Source: an uncultured Myxococcales bacterium
Lineage (GTDB): Bacteria; Myxococcota_A; UBA9042
NCBI GenBank assembly: GCA_903924465.1
Contig: CAIYBN010000145.1
Span: 17,364 to 81,363, forward strand
DNA length: 64,000 bases
Direction of reading: 5' to 3'
How positions within the stretch are numbered: the stretch's first letter is position 1; every line of letters starts with the position of its first letter. The notes beneath the pieces are model-generated. The model was given only the letters and a program-made list of their open reading frames with translations. It was not told where the DNA came from and made no database searches. The position numbers were made by a program, and so were the translations under genes. Shown here one piece after another: positions 1 to 19,695 of this stretch.

Positions 1-726
<726 letters not shown>

Positions 727-893
727 TCAGACAAGAACGCCTGAACCGGGCGAGATAACGCGGCAATTTCTGGGAAGTTCCGAGTCGAGCGCGCGCATCA
801 CATGCGGCGAGCGCCAATCAGAGCCCGGGCGCAAAGGCTAAGCCAGGCGAGGCGATCTCGTCAAGGTGAACAGGTGACGATTGGGCTACGACA

Positions 894-3800
894 TCACTTG
901 CCGACGTAGACGAGCAGGGAGCGCTTGTGGGTCAGGTTGGGCGTCGAGTAGTTGTCCCAGAGCGCCAAACCGAAGCAATTCGCTGCCTCCCACGGGCTGC
1001 CGGGGTTGTTGACGATCAAGCTCGGGTGGGTTTCGTCGAAGCCGGTCTGATCGCCAATCCAACTGTAGTTGTAATCGAGGGAGTGGTTGCCGGTGTCGCC
1101 GCTTCCCATGACGATTTGCAGCAGGTTGTTCTGCAAGATGGTCGCCGCCTTGTCGGCCGGGAAACCATGGGTGCTGACGATCGCACCGGCCTTGAGACCC
1201 TGAACAAGCGCTCCAGGCAAGAAGACGTTCTGGTTCAGGTCAATCGCGCGCAAGAGCGGCCAGGGCGCACCGGGCGCGCCAGCTGCTGGCTGCTGCCCAC
1301 ACGCGATGCGGATACGTTTCCACTGGGTTGCCGCGCAGTTGGCGGCCCAGCCGCTGTCCGGGATGTCGCTGCTGTAGGGCAGGTCCTGATAGCCGGCGCA
1401 CTGGAAATAGCCCTCGCCTGAGTAGTCCGGACCGATCGCGTTGGGATCGATTCCGCCAGGATTGTTGACCGAGGCCAGCGGGAAATACCAATTGCAGTTC
1501 TCGTCGATGCTGCCGTTGCAGTTGTTGTCGATGCTATCGAAGCATGTCTCAGGTTCGCCCGGGTTGATCAGCACGCCACCCGATTTGGGGTCATCGTTGC
1601 AGTCGTTACCGCCCATCGGGCAAACGGTCGGCTTGCCGATGACAATCAAGTTCGCGTCGCAATACCCGTCGTTGTCCTTGTCACAACCTTCATCGATGTT
1701 GCCGTTGCAGTTGTTGTCCTTGTTGTCGCAGATCTCCGTGTTGCCGGGGAAATCTGCCGCGTTGTTGTCATCGCAGTCGTTGACGTGGGTGATGACAAAA
1801 CCGGTGTAGGGATCCTTGGTTGAGCACACCGCCGGCGCGCCGACGATCTTCTTGGCGGCGCTGCAAAAGCCGTCGCCGTCCGCGTCGCAACCCTCATCGG
1901 TCGCGCCGTTGCAGTCGTTGTCCATGTTGTCGCAGCTCTCCACCGTGCTGTAGAAGATGTTCCACGCTTGGTACTGCGAAGTATCGCATTTGGCCCAAAC
2001 GCCCGCCTTGCACATCGTCGGGGACTTCTTGGTGCCGGCGCACACGCCTTTCTGGGTCTCGCATTGCTGCGGATCGTCGTTGATCATGTCGCCGTCGTCC
2101 GCATCGGTTTTGTCGTCGCAATCGTTGTCGATATTGTCGCAAACTTCCTTCGCGCCGGGGTGCACGTCCGGATCCTCGTCGTTGCAGTCGCCGGGGCCCG
2201 CCAGACACGCGTAGGGGTGGCCGATCGCGCCCATGTTGGCATCGCAGTACCCGTCCAGGTCGTCGTCGCAGCCCTCATCCGTCAGGCCGTTGCAGTCATT
2301 GTCCAGGTTGTCGCAGATTTCCGTTTGCGGCGGACCCGGCTGGACGCTGCACGTCGAGCTGCTGAGATCCGCTTTGCAGACCTTGATGCCTTTGGCGACA
2401 CATTGGCCCTTGCCACCGGCGCAGGGTAGGCCCAAGTCGGGCCAGGTCTCGTCGGTGAGGCCGTTGCAGTCGTCGTCGACGGCATTGCACTTTTCTTTCG
2501 CGTCCGGGCGAATGTCCGGGTTGCCGTCGTTGCAGTCGCCGCCGCCGCCTGGGCACACGTTGGGGCCGCCGAACGTCATCATGTTGGCATCGCACCAACC
2601 GTCCTTGTCCTTGTCGCAGCCTTCATCGGTCACGCCGTTGCAGTTCTCGTCCAAGTTGTCGCAAAGTTCCGGCGCGCCGGGGTACGTCTTGCTGTTGGTA
2701 TCGTCGCAGTCGCCGCCACCTTTGGGGCAGGAGAGCGGAAAGCCGATGGTCGAGAAGCCGGAGTCGCAGTAGCCGTCCTTGTCATCGTCACAGCCCTCGT
2801 CGACCACGCCGTTGCAGTTGTTGTCCTTGTCGTCGCAAACCTCCGCGTTGCTGAAGCTGCTGTCGTATTTCTTGTAGTCGGTCGGGCTGCACGCCTGCCA
2901 AATGCCCCCGGAACAGAGCGAGATGGTCTTGGGCGCGCCAGAGCAGACGCCCAACTGGTTCGCGCAGAATTGCGGGTCGGTGAGCGGCAGGCCGGGATCG
3001 AGCGCATCGACGAAGCCATTGCAGTCGTTGTCCAACCCGTCGCAAATCTCAGGTGCTTTCGGGTGAATCTCATTCTTGGTGTCGTCGCAGTCGCCGCCGC
3101 CCTTGGTGCAGGTCAGCGTGCCTGGCTCGTAACCCATCGTCGCGTCGCAGTAACTGTCCCCGTCGTCGTCGCAGCCTTCGTCGGTCTTGCCATTGCAGTC
3201 GTCGTCAAAGCCATTGCAGGATTCGGTCTGGGGCGCTTGGCCGACGCACGTCTCGATGCCACCCGCGCAAAACGGCTTGCCCGGACATTTCAGCTTGCCG
3301 TTGTTGGACAACACGGAACACGTCGCGCCGGGCACAGCCTCGTCGGTCTGGCCATTGCAATTGTCGTCGATATTATTGCAGATTTCCGCCGTCGGCGTCG
3401 CGGCATCACACTTGGTCAGCACGCCCGTGTCGCAGTGGCGTTTGCCCGCGCAGCGGTCCTTGCCGACCGTGTTGTAGCAAAGCGTCTCGTCGCCTTCGGC
3501 TTCGTAGCGCTTGGTGCAATTCTGATCCAGGCTCGCCTTGTCGGTCACGCACTGCTGGACCAGCTTGCTGTCGGACAACCGCTTGACCTGTTGGCAGGTG
3601 AAATGGGTCGGGCAAAGCTGGCCACTGTCACACGCGCCGCCACAGAACGCGCCGGCATCGCCGAAACTCACACAGTAGTCGCCCAAACCGCCGATGGTCG
3701 CGCCCACGGCGCTTTTGCAGTCGGTGTCGGCCTGACACGGCTTGCCCAGATTGGGCGATCGCGGCACGCAGCCATATTGGACGTCCGGTGGCTCAGCGAG

Positions 3801-4223
3801 CTGGATGCATTGCCAGCCGAGCGGGCATTGCGTGTCATTGCCGCCACAGTCCTTGCTGCACACGTTGTTGTCTGGCGTGCTGATACAGTACGGGAACGCG
3901 CACAACTTTTCCGTGCTGCACGGCGAACCGCAATCGCCGGGTTGGTAGCCTTTGGCGTTGATGGTGCAAAGGTTGGGATCAACGGAAACATCCGTATTTT
4001 TGACGTCTTGCGTGTCGATCACGTCAATGTCCTGACCAACGTCCTCCGCCACGAAGTCTGGACTCGCGTCCTTGCTGTCCTTGCCGACGTCCATGCCGAC
4101 ATCGTCGACCAAGGCCGCGGAATCCGGTGAAGCCGCCGTCGATCCGCAGGCCGCCAAGGTCAAAAGCGTTGTCAGGCAACAGCCCCACCGCAGCATCATC
4201 CGGTTGTGTTCGCTTACCCGCAT
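894..4223 (-). CDS. Large lipoprotein with about 11 tandem MopE-type Cys-rich putative metal-binding repeats (CDxxDNDCNGxxDEGCDxDxDGYCD) and an uncharacterised C-terminal domain of about 200 aa
   Basis: Single 1109-aa ORF. N-terminal signal/lipobox (LTLAAC). D/V-rich linker. Repeated CxDNxDNDCNGxTDE motifs resembling the Pfam putative metal-binding (MopE) repeat common in Myxococcota. C-terminal domain with conserved Cys/His (NCFGLALW, GDTGNHS) of unknown fold. Confidence 0.8.
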   Translation of the reverse strand: MRVSEHNRMMLRWGCCLTTLLTLAACGSTAASPDSAALVDDVGMDVGKDSKDASPDFVAEDVGQDIDVIDTQDVKNTDVSVDPNLCTINAKGYQPGDCGSPCSTEKLCAFPYCISTPDNNVCSKDCGGNDTQCPLGWQCIQLAEPPDVQYGCVPRSPNLGKPCQADTDCKSAVGATIGGLGDYCVSFGDAGAFCGGACDSGQLCPTHFTCQQVKRLSDSKLVQQCVTDKASLDQNCTKRYEAEGDETLCYNTVGKDRCAGKRHCDTGVLTKCDAATPTAEICNNIDDNCNGQTDEAVPGATCSVLSNNGKLKCPGKPFCAGGIETCVGQAPQTESCNGFDDDCNGKTDEGCDDDGDSYCDATMGYEPGTLTCTKGGGDCDDTKNEIHPKAPEICDGLDNDCNGFVDALDPGLPLTDPQFCANQLGVCSGAPKTISLCSGGIWQACSPTDYKKYDSSFSNAEVCDDKDNNCNGVVDEGCDDDKDGYCDSGFSTIGFPLSCPKGGGDCDDTNSKTYPGAPELCDNLDENCNGVTDEGCDKDKDGWCDANMMTFGGPNVCPGGGGDCNDGNPDIRPDAKEKCNAVDDDCNGLTDETWPDLGLPCAGGKGQCVAKGIKVCKADLSSSTCSVQPGPPQTEICDNLDNDCNGLTDEGCDDDLDGYCDANMGAIGHPYACLAGPGDCNDEDPDVHPGAKEVCDNIDNDCDDKTDADDGDMINDDPQQCETQKGVCAGTKKSPTMCKAGVWAKCDTSQYQAWNIFYSTVESCDNMDNDCNGATDEGCDADGDGFCSAAKKIVGAPAVCSTKDPYTGFVITHVNDCDDNNAADFPGNTEICDNKDNNCNGNIDEGCDKDNDGYCDANLIVIGKPTVCPMGGNDCNDDPKSGGVLINPGEPETCFDSIDNNCNGSIDENCNWYFPLASVNNPGGIDPNAIGPDYSGEGYFQCAGYQDLPYSSDIPDSGWAANCAATQWKRIRIACGQQPAAGAPGAPWPLLRAIDLNQNVFLPGALVQGLKAGAIVSTHGFPADKAATILQNNLLQIVMGSGDTGNHSLDYNYSWIGDQTGFDETHPSLIVNNPGSPWEAANCFGLALWDNYSTPNLTHKRSLLVYVGK

Positions 4224-4347
4224 CGCTTCCCCGCCTTCTATCCGGCGCTACCGCCCGTTTTTCCGCAACGCCCCGACAACAAGCTTATCGGGAGTGGGTT
4301 GGCTTCTCAAGTTGTCGGCTGAAATGGTGGTCGAGCCCGCGATTCGG

Positions 4348-5226
4348 CTATTTTCCGCCAGCGCAGGTCTCGCCCGGCGTGAGGCACTGCATGCCGCCCG
4401 ATGCGCAGTCCACGCACGTGTGGCCGCTCGTGCACGCGGGAGTGCAGCCGGTGCCAAGGCAAGGCGCGGAATACGCAGCGATCGCTTGGCCGGCTTTTTG
4501 CGCGTGGCAAGCGCTGTCGTAGCTGTGGGTGTCGCAGCCGCAGACGGGCGCATAGAGCCCGGCGCAATTCGTCGGTTTGGGGAGACATTGGCCTTCGGTG
4601 AAGCCGCAACCCGTGTAGCTGCACCACTTGTCGGCGGCGCAGTCGGCCTGGCTGCTGCAGACGGTGTTTTCGGCGGGGATCTCGGCGGCGACGTCGAGGA
4701 TGTCGGGCGCGGCGTCGGGGACAACGTCCGCTGCAATCGGCGCGTCGCTGGCGTCGGCAGTGGTCAGGTCGGCGCTACTCGTGGCATCCGCGACCGATGC
4801 GCAGAGGTTCTGGCCATCGATGAAGAGACCATAACCGGGCGAGGGCAGCCGGCACCCGGCCGCATCGCCATAGATTCGGGTGTTGCAGCCGTCGGATGCC
4901 CCCTGCTTGAACCAGGTGTAGGCAAGCAAGTGGCCAGCGGCGTCAAAACGCCACGATTCAGCGTCTGATCGGCTCACCAGGTTGCCGCCATCGGCACAAG
5001 GCCAAAGCATGGCGCCCGAAGCGTAACTCAGGCCCTTGCAAGAGGTCCGCGCCTTCGCTTCGGCTTCGTCCAGGGTGATGGCGCGCAGCGAGTCGGCGAG
5101 CGCGTCCAAAGGAAATGCACAGTTCGCCGCGACCGGGCGTTCGTCCAGGGTGGAGCGACCCACGCACGCGGACTCCGCGACCGCCAGGATTCCGAGCCAC
5201 AGCCAGCATGACGTCTTCATGCCCAT
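4348..5226 (-). CDS. Secreted Cys-rich protein with C-terminal Kazal-type inhibitor-like module
   Basis: Signal peptide MGMKTSCWLWLGILAVAESA. C-terminus CAGLYAPVCGCDTHSYDSACHAQKAG matches the Kazal signature C..PVCG.D..TY.N.C. Many paired cysteines. Confidence 0.65.
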   Translation of the reverse strand: MGMKTSCWLWLGILAVAESACVGRSTLDERPVAANCAFPLDALADSLRAITLDEAEAKARTSCKGLSYASGAMLWPCADGGNLVSRSDAESWRFDAAGHLLAYTWFKQGASDGCNTRIYGDAAGCRLPSPGYGLFIDGQNLCASVADATSSADLTTADASDAPIAADVVPDAAPDILDVAAEIPAENTVCSSQADCAADKWCSYTGCGFTEGQCLPKPTNCAGLYAPVCGCDTHSYDSACHAQKAGQAIAAYSAPCLGTGCTPACTSGHTCVDCASGGMQCLTPGETCAGGK

Positions 5227-5251
5227 ACCATCGGCGTTTCACCGCGGGAAT

Positions 5252-6487
5252 TCAAGGCAAAAAAATACCAGAAAGGCCGCCCCACTCGCGTGAGAACGGC
5301 CTCCCTGAACTTCTCCCAAGCTGGAAGCTCACGATCGCTGAAAGCAATCCAAACTGCGAAGCCATGAATGAGCGATTTTGAATCAAAGGATACATGTAGA
5401 AAGGAAGCCCGAGCATAGTGCCGATGATCAATAGTCCAGGAATCGTTTGACTGTCCCATTCCAGAACTTCGCGCAGGCGAATCGCAACTTTGACGGCGAA
5501 CACGGCTAGAACAACCGCCGCCAGGGTCCAAATCACAGAAAGATTGGCAGTTGGCATCCAGTCATCCACGACCACGACGAATCGTCGCAGAGCCCCAGAC
5601 CGCAAGAATTCAAAGCCAGCTGCAGTGCCGACAACGGTTGCTGCGAGAATGGCCATTTCGTCGGCGACAAGTCGAGCATCCCAGCGGGCGCCTCGACCCA
5701 GTGGGCTCCACCATCCCACCCGACGCGCATGAGCGAGTGACGCAACGTCTGCCGCGCGAAAGTCGGCGTCACGAATCCGCGCCCATCGAAGGTCGCAATT
5801 CCGCAACCGCGCCTTCCAAAAATAGCTCCACCGAAGGTCCGAACCACGGAAGTCGACGTCAAGCAGACACGCTTCAGCGAACTCGCAATTCCGAAAGGCG
5901 GCAGACCTCGCGATGAAATCCGAGAGAAACGTGCCGCCGAACCAGCAGTACTCGCAGTCGGCCCCCCGAAAATCGGCGCCCCGAAGGTCGACCGCCCGCC
6001 ACGACGTGCGCGTTGCGCGCATGTAACTGGCCCGGACAGCCGCCATGTTGCTTCCCTCGAAGACGACGTCCTCCATTTCAGCCTTCTCGAAGCAAGCGGA
6101 GCGCAACGCGCAATCCGAGAACTGGCAGCGGAGCAGGTACGCTCCTTCGAACGTCGCCCGGTCCAACCTGGCGCGCGTGAAGTCGACGTCGACCAAGTAC
6201 GCTCGGCAGAAATTTGCGCCGCGAAGGTCGGCGGATACGAACCTACTGCCAGACAGATCCCAGCCGCCGAAATCCGCGCCGCAGAGAATCCTGTTGTTGT
6301 TCTCCAGCTGGCGACCAGCCAAATCCAGCGGCTCTAGCCTATCGCGCGCGGTTGGCTTTGGCTTTTCAGGATTGAAAAATGTGTCGGTGAATAAATCCCG
6401 CCGCCGCATTCTGGGATCGGGACCAAACCGCGCAACATGGCCTGAGGTGTCCCAGTCGCGCCTCGCATCGTAACGTCCTTGCCACAT
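5252..6487 (-). CDS. Pentapeptide-repeat protein with C-terminal 3-4 transmembrane helices
   Basis: Tandem A(D/N)LxxAxF-type pentapeptide repeats (ADLRGANFCRAYLVDVDFTRARLDRATFEGAYL...). C-terminal hydrophobic segments (MAILAATVVGTAAGF, LSVIWTLAAVVLAVFAV, IPGLLIIGTMLGLPFYMY). Start taken at ATG 6487 (GAGG RBS) rather than the TTG at 6526. Confidence 0.75.
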   Translation of the reverse strand: MWQGRYDARRDWDTSGHVARFGPDPRMRRRDLFTDTFFNPEKPKPTARDRLEPLDLAGRQLENNNRILCGADFGGWDLSGSRFVSADLRGANFCRAYLVDVDFTRARLDRATFEGAYLLRCQFSDCALRSACFEKAEMEDVVFEGSNMAAVRASYMRATRTSWRAVDLRGADFRGADCEYCWFGGTFLSDFIARSAAFRNCEFAEACLLDVDFRGSDLRWSYFWKARLRNCDLRWARIRDADFRAADVASLAHARRVGWWSPLGRGARWDARLVADEMAILAATVVGTAAGFEFLRSGALRRFVVVVDDWMPTANLSVIWTLAAVVLAVFAVKVAIRLREVLEWDSQTIPGLLIIGTMLGLPFYMYPLIQNRSFMASQFGLLSAIVSFQLGRSSGRPFSREWGGLSGIFLP

Positions 6488-6552
6488 GACGACCTCGGCG
6501 CGTTTCCCGTGAACGGCCCAAAGCAAGTGTCGAGCAAACCGGCTTCACCGGC

Positions 6553-6798
6553 TTACGCCGCCCGTGCGCCCACGACTCTCTCGTGCAGCGAATCCGGCGC
6601 CAAATCCAGACCATTCGGCCACAAAGGCGCACCGTAATCGGACAGCACCACCAGCGCAAAGTACGCCGGGTCCTTGAGTGGCTCGAACATCGGCCCGCGC
6701 AAACGGTCCGCCAGGTCGACCTCGCCCTCGACGCCGTCGTCGAAGCGCACCATCAGACGATACGGTGGACGGACTTCGAGGTAGATCAGCCGTTCCAT
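6553..6798 (-). CDS. DUF2442-family small protein
   Basis: 81-aa ORF, MERLIYLEVRPPYRLMVRFDDGVEGEVDL..., typical of DUF2442. Lies 4 nt downstream of the DUF4160 gene. Confidence 0.7.
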   Translation of the reverse strand: MERLIYLEVRPPYRLMVRFDDGVEGEVDLADRLRGPMFEPLKDPAYFALVVLSDYGAPLWPNGLDLAPDSLHERVVGARAA

Positions 6799-6801
6799 TG
6801 C

Positions 6802-7062
6802 CTACTCCAGCGGCTCAACCGGCGACAGTGGCTCGCCGCGCTCAGACCGCGCCCAGTTTTCTTGCAGCTCGGCGCGGTGCAGGAGCGTCCATTCGGCCAA
6901 GAGCGCCATAGCACGGCGCGGCAAATGGCCCTTCACGACCTCCAACGTGTCGATCCGGACCACCGCCTGCTCCCCGGCGTATTCTACATGAAAATGCGGG
7001 GGCGGATGCTCGTCCCAATACATGCGGATGACCATCCCCAAGAATCGGCTGATCTCCGGCAT
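6802..7062 (-). CDS. DUF4160-family small protein
   Basis: 86-aa ORF MPEISRFLGMVIRMYWDEHPPPHFHVEY..., typical DUF4160. GGAGG RBS 6 nt upstream. Only 24 bp downstream of the rpoC stop. Confidence 0.7.
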   Translation of the reverse strand: MPEISRFLGMVIRMYWDEHPPPHFHVEYAGEQAVVRIDTLEVVKGHLPRRAMALLAEWTLLHRAELQENWARSERGEPLSPVEPLE

Positions 7063-7086
7063 CGCTCGCCTCCGAACCTGGCCCGC

Positions 7087-11625
<4,539 letters not shown>

Positions 11626-11854
11626 AGAAACCTCACGGGAAAAATGGGGACAGGGGGCACAGTGGCGTCAGTTCTGACTGTTTGGGCGAATCCCCGCTAC
11701 CGCGGGGACCGGGCCCTAGTCCGGCCGGATGGCCGGACCGGAGCCTCGCAAGCGAGTCTCCGCCCATTCGGGTAACGGTCCCTTTCGCACTGGCACTCGA
11801 ACACTCTCAACTCGCTCCCGCTCGACGCGCAGTCTTGCGGGGGTGCAGAACCGG

Positions 11855-16750
<4,896 letters not shown>

Positions 16751-16823
16751 CGTATCACTTCTCCTTCCAGCCTCTTTCCAGCGAAATCTGGAGCGGCGGA
16801 CTTCTGGGGACGGGAACTGGCAA

Positions 16824-16860
16824 ACCCCCGGGCGGCGGAATCGATTCCGTCCGCCCAGGG
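16824..16860 (-). terminator. GC-rich hairpin in the rplL-rpoB intergenic region (candidate partial terminator/attenuator)
   Basis: GGCGGCGGA-ATCGAT-TCCG(T)CCGCC inverted repeat, extended by CCCGGG/CCCAGGG, followed on the transcript by GUUUGCC. Position is analogous to the known rplL-rpoB attenuator in other bacteria. Confidence 0.3.
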
Positions 16861-16945
16861 GTGCCTTCTGAACCTTGCCGGGAACCCGCACGGTCACGCG
16901 CAGTGACCGAAGCTTCCCGGTGAAACAAACCAGACCTTGGCGAAA

Positions 16946-17329
16946 TTACTTGATTTCGACCTTGGCGCCGGCTTCTTCCAACTTCTTCTTGTAACCTTCG
17001 GCATCGGCCTTGGAGACCGCTTCCTTGACCGCGGAACCCGGCTTCTCCGACAGCTCCTTGGCTTCGCGCAGACCCAGGTTGGTCAGTTCGCGGATCACTT
17101 TGATGACGTTGATCTTGTTCGCGCCGGCGTCCAACAGGACGACGTCGAACTCGGTCTTCTCTTCCACGGCCGGAGCCGCGGCAGCAGCCGGACCAGCAGC
17201 CGCAGCAGCGGCGACCGGAGCGGCGGCGGAGACGCCCCACTTCTCTTCAAGGGCCTTGACGATCTCGGACAGTTCGAGAACGGTCAGGCCGGACAGGTGA
17301 CTAATCAGATCTTCACGGGAAATCGACAT
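16946..17329 (-). CDS. rplL: 50S ribosomal protein L7/L12
   Basis: 127 aa. [33 protein letters not shown], Ala-rich hinge, C-terminal [11 protein letters not shown]...[10 protein letters not shown]. Confidence 0.96.
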   Translation of the reverse strand: MSISREDLISHLSGLTVLELSEIVKALEEKWGVSAAAPVAAAAAAGPAAAAAPAVEEKTEFDVVLLDAGANKINVIKVIRELTNLGLREAKELSEKPGSAVKEAVSKADAEGYKKKLEEAGAKVEIK

Positions 17330-17415
17330 GGGAAACTCCTGGATTGTCTGGGCATCGTGGCGTCGTGCCGGATGCGCTGTGCACTCAATTCAATCGACGC
17401 AGAACCTGCTGACGC

Positions 17416-17946
17416 TTAGGCCGCTTCCGCTTTGGGTTCCAACTGCTCGATACGCGCGGTGAGCACGTTGAGGATGGAACGCGGAGCAGCCGCGAGGGTA
17501 CCGACGAACTTGGCTGGAACGGCATTCAAGGTGCCGAGCAGCATCGCCCGCAGTTGATCGCGTCCCGGCAGTTCCGACAGGGCCTTGACTTGCGCGGCGC
17601 TGAGCGCTTTGCCAGACAGGGCACCACCGGTAATCACGAGGTTCGGGACGTCCTTGGCAATCTTGACGATCGCCTTGGCCGGACCGACCACGTCGGGACC
17701 GAAGGTCATCAGCACAGGCCCCACCAGCTTGTCAGAGAGCGCCTCAAGCGAGGTGCCTTTGACCGACAAGCGAGCAAGGGTGTTCTTCACCACTACAACT
17801 TTGCCTTCCGCGCTACGCACCGCAGTGCGCAGGCTTTGCATCTGTTCCACCGTCATGCCGCGGTATTCCGCGACAATCACAGCGTCGATGCCGGCAAGTT
17901 GCTGGCGAAGCGCGTCGACCCGATCCTGTTTTTCAGCCTTGTTCAT
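17416..17946 (-). CDS. rplJ: 50S ribosomal protein L10
   Basis: 176 aa. MNKAEKQDRVDALRQQL...VAEYRGMTVEQMQSLR, typical L10. Confidence 0.95.
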   Translation of the reverse strand: MNKAEKQDRVDALRQQLAGIDAVIVAEYRGMTVEQMQSLRTAVRSAEGKVVVVKNTLARLSVKGTSLEALSDKLVGPVLMTFGPDVVGPAKAIVKIAKDVPNLVITGGALSGKALSAAQVKALSELPGRDQLRAMLLGTLNAVPAKFVGTLAAAPRSILNVLTARIEQLEPKAEAA

Positions 17947-18348
17947 GCTGAGCTCCTGTGCCTGCCTTGCGGCAAGCCATCTCGGGTCAAACTACCTTGC
18001 AGCCTGAGTGGAGTTCCGGAACGAGGCTTCTGTCTGCCTCTTTCCAGACACCGTGGTGCATGCCGGGCACCGTTGCCAGGCAATGCGTGACGAGGTCCAA
18101 GACCTCATCGCATCCAGGAGATTCGACCGGCAGATGTCGCCATCTGGGGCCTTCCCTTTCTGCTCACCACACGTCTCCGTCGGACTTAGCGCTGGGATTG
18201 CTCGCAGCAGCCGACTTCTCAGACGCAGTTCCGGTCTTGGCCAGGACGAATCCTCCCGCAGAACCGGAACCTGGTGGTCCATCGCCGCAGCTTGCAACGA
18301 CGGACCGATTTCCCACAAAGCGCGCAGCCTTGCAGGATCCGGCTGGCG
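17947..18348 (-). promoter_or_regulatory. Long leader upstream of rplJ (candidate L10-leader autoregulatory RNA)
   Basis: 402-bp non-coding gap between rplA and rplJ. Position is equivalent to the L10(L12)4-binding leader of rplJL operons. Small track ORFs here lack support. Confidence 0.35.
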
Positions 18349-19059
18349 TTACGCCAGTCGGAATTCCGCGGCCATCGCAACCGGATCCACGCGCACGCCC
18401 GGGGCATGCGTGGTCGTCACGGTCAGGGCCTTCAAATAGGTGCCTTTCGCCGTCGCCGGCTTGGCTTTCACCAGCGCTTCGACGAGCGCCGCGATGTTCT
18501 CGCGGATCTTGACGGCTTCAAACGAGCGCTTGCCCACGGCAGCGTGAATGATACCGGCCTTCTCCGCGCGGAACTCGATCTTACCGGCCTTCGCCGCCGA
18601 AACCGCCGCCGCCACGTCAAACGTGACCGTGCCGACCTTGGGATTGGGCATCAAACCGCGCGGACCGAGGGCCTTACCGATCTTACCGACCGCGACCATC
18701 ATGTTCGGCGTGGCGATGCAGGTGTCGAATTCGAACCAGCCGCCTTTGACCTTTTCGATCAGCTCGTCGTCGCCCACGAAGTCGGCGCCAGCGGCTTCCG
18801 CCTCCGCAGCCTTTTCGCCCTTGGCGAACACGAGCACGCGGTTCACTTTGCCCGTGCCATTGGGCAGCACCACCGCGCCACGCACCATCTGGTCCGCGTG
18901 CTTGGGGTTGACGCCCAGGTTGATGGCGACTTCAAAGGCCTCGTCGTACTTGGAGAACGAGTTGTCTTTGGCGATCTGGATCGCTTCGTCGAGGGAGTAG
19001 CGCTTCTGCCGGTCGAAACGGGCGAGCGCGGCGTTGTACTTGCGCGAATGCTTAGCCAT
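18349..19059 (-). CDS. rplA: 50S ribosomal protein L1
   Basis: 236 aa. [27 protein letters not shown]...[17 protein letters not shown], typical L1. Confidence 0.96.
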   Translation of the reverse strand: MAKHSRKYNAALARFDRQKRYSLDEAIQIAKDNSFSKYDEAFEVAINLGVNPKHADQMVRGAVVLPNGTGKVNRVLVFAKGEKAAEAEAAGADFVGDDELIEKVKGGWFEFDTCIATPNMMVAVGKIGKALGPRGLMPNPKVGTVTFDVAAAVSAAKAGKIEFRAEKAGIIHAAVGKRSFEAVKIRENIAALVEALVKAKPATAKGTYLKALTVTTTHAPGVRVDPVAMAAEFRLA

Positions 19060-19119
19060 GGTGTCCTCAGGGACAGGCCGGCTCCTTTGCAGAGCTCAGC
19101 CTGAAAAAGTCAGGGGTTG

Positions 19120-19545
19120 TTAACCAATCACGTCAATACCCATCGAACGGGCGGTGCCGGCGATGGTGCTGCGTGCGGTGTCCAAGTTGGTGGCGTACAG
19201 GTCCGGCATCTTGATCTTGGCGATTTCCTCGACCAACGCCTTCGTGACCTTGCCCACTTTGTCCCGGTTCGGCACCGACGAGCCCTTTTCAATCTTCGCG
19301 TACTTCAGCAGCAAGCGGGACGCGGGCGGCGTCTTGGTGATGAAGGTGAACGAACGGTCCGAATAGACCGTGATCACCACCGGGATGACCATGCCAGCCT
19401 GGGCCTGCGTTTCCGCGTTGTAGGCCTTGCAGAACTGCATGATGTTCACGCCATGCTGGCCAAGCGCCGGGCCGACGGGCGGCGACGGCGTTGCCTTGCC
19501 AGCCGGCAACTGCAACTTGATGTAACCTGTGATCTTCTTTGCCAT
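19120..19545 (-). CDS. rplK: 50S ribosomal protein L11
   Basis: 141 aa. [44 protein letters not shown], typical L11. Confidence 0.96.
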   Translation of the reverse strand: MAKKITGYIKLQLPAGKATPSPPVGPALGQHGVNIMQFCKAYNAETQAQAGMVIPVVITVYSDRSFTFITKTPPASRLLLKYAKIEKGSSVPNRDKVGKVTKALVEEIAKIKMPDLYATNLDTARSTIAGTARSMGIDVIG

Positions 19546-19695
19546 GACACTTCTCCAGCCGGCGCGGCACTTGAACCCGCTCCGGTGCGATTGCCTGTTG
19601 TGTGCGCTGCGTGAATCTCACCCAGCGTCGCGCTTCAACCGGCCAGCAACCTTGGCCTCGCGCTCAACCGTCCTTACGGACAGCGTTTTTGTGGG

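Noticed and set aside
4072-4968. 298-aa plus-strand ORF
   Set aside because: Antisense to the Kazal-like secreted protein gene and the MopE gene start. No features.
17992-18439. Small ORFs (108 and 143 aa) inside the rplA-rplJ spacer
   Set aside because: They lie in the expected L10 leader position. No RBS, no conservation-like features. More likely structured untranslated leader.
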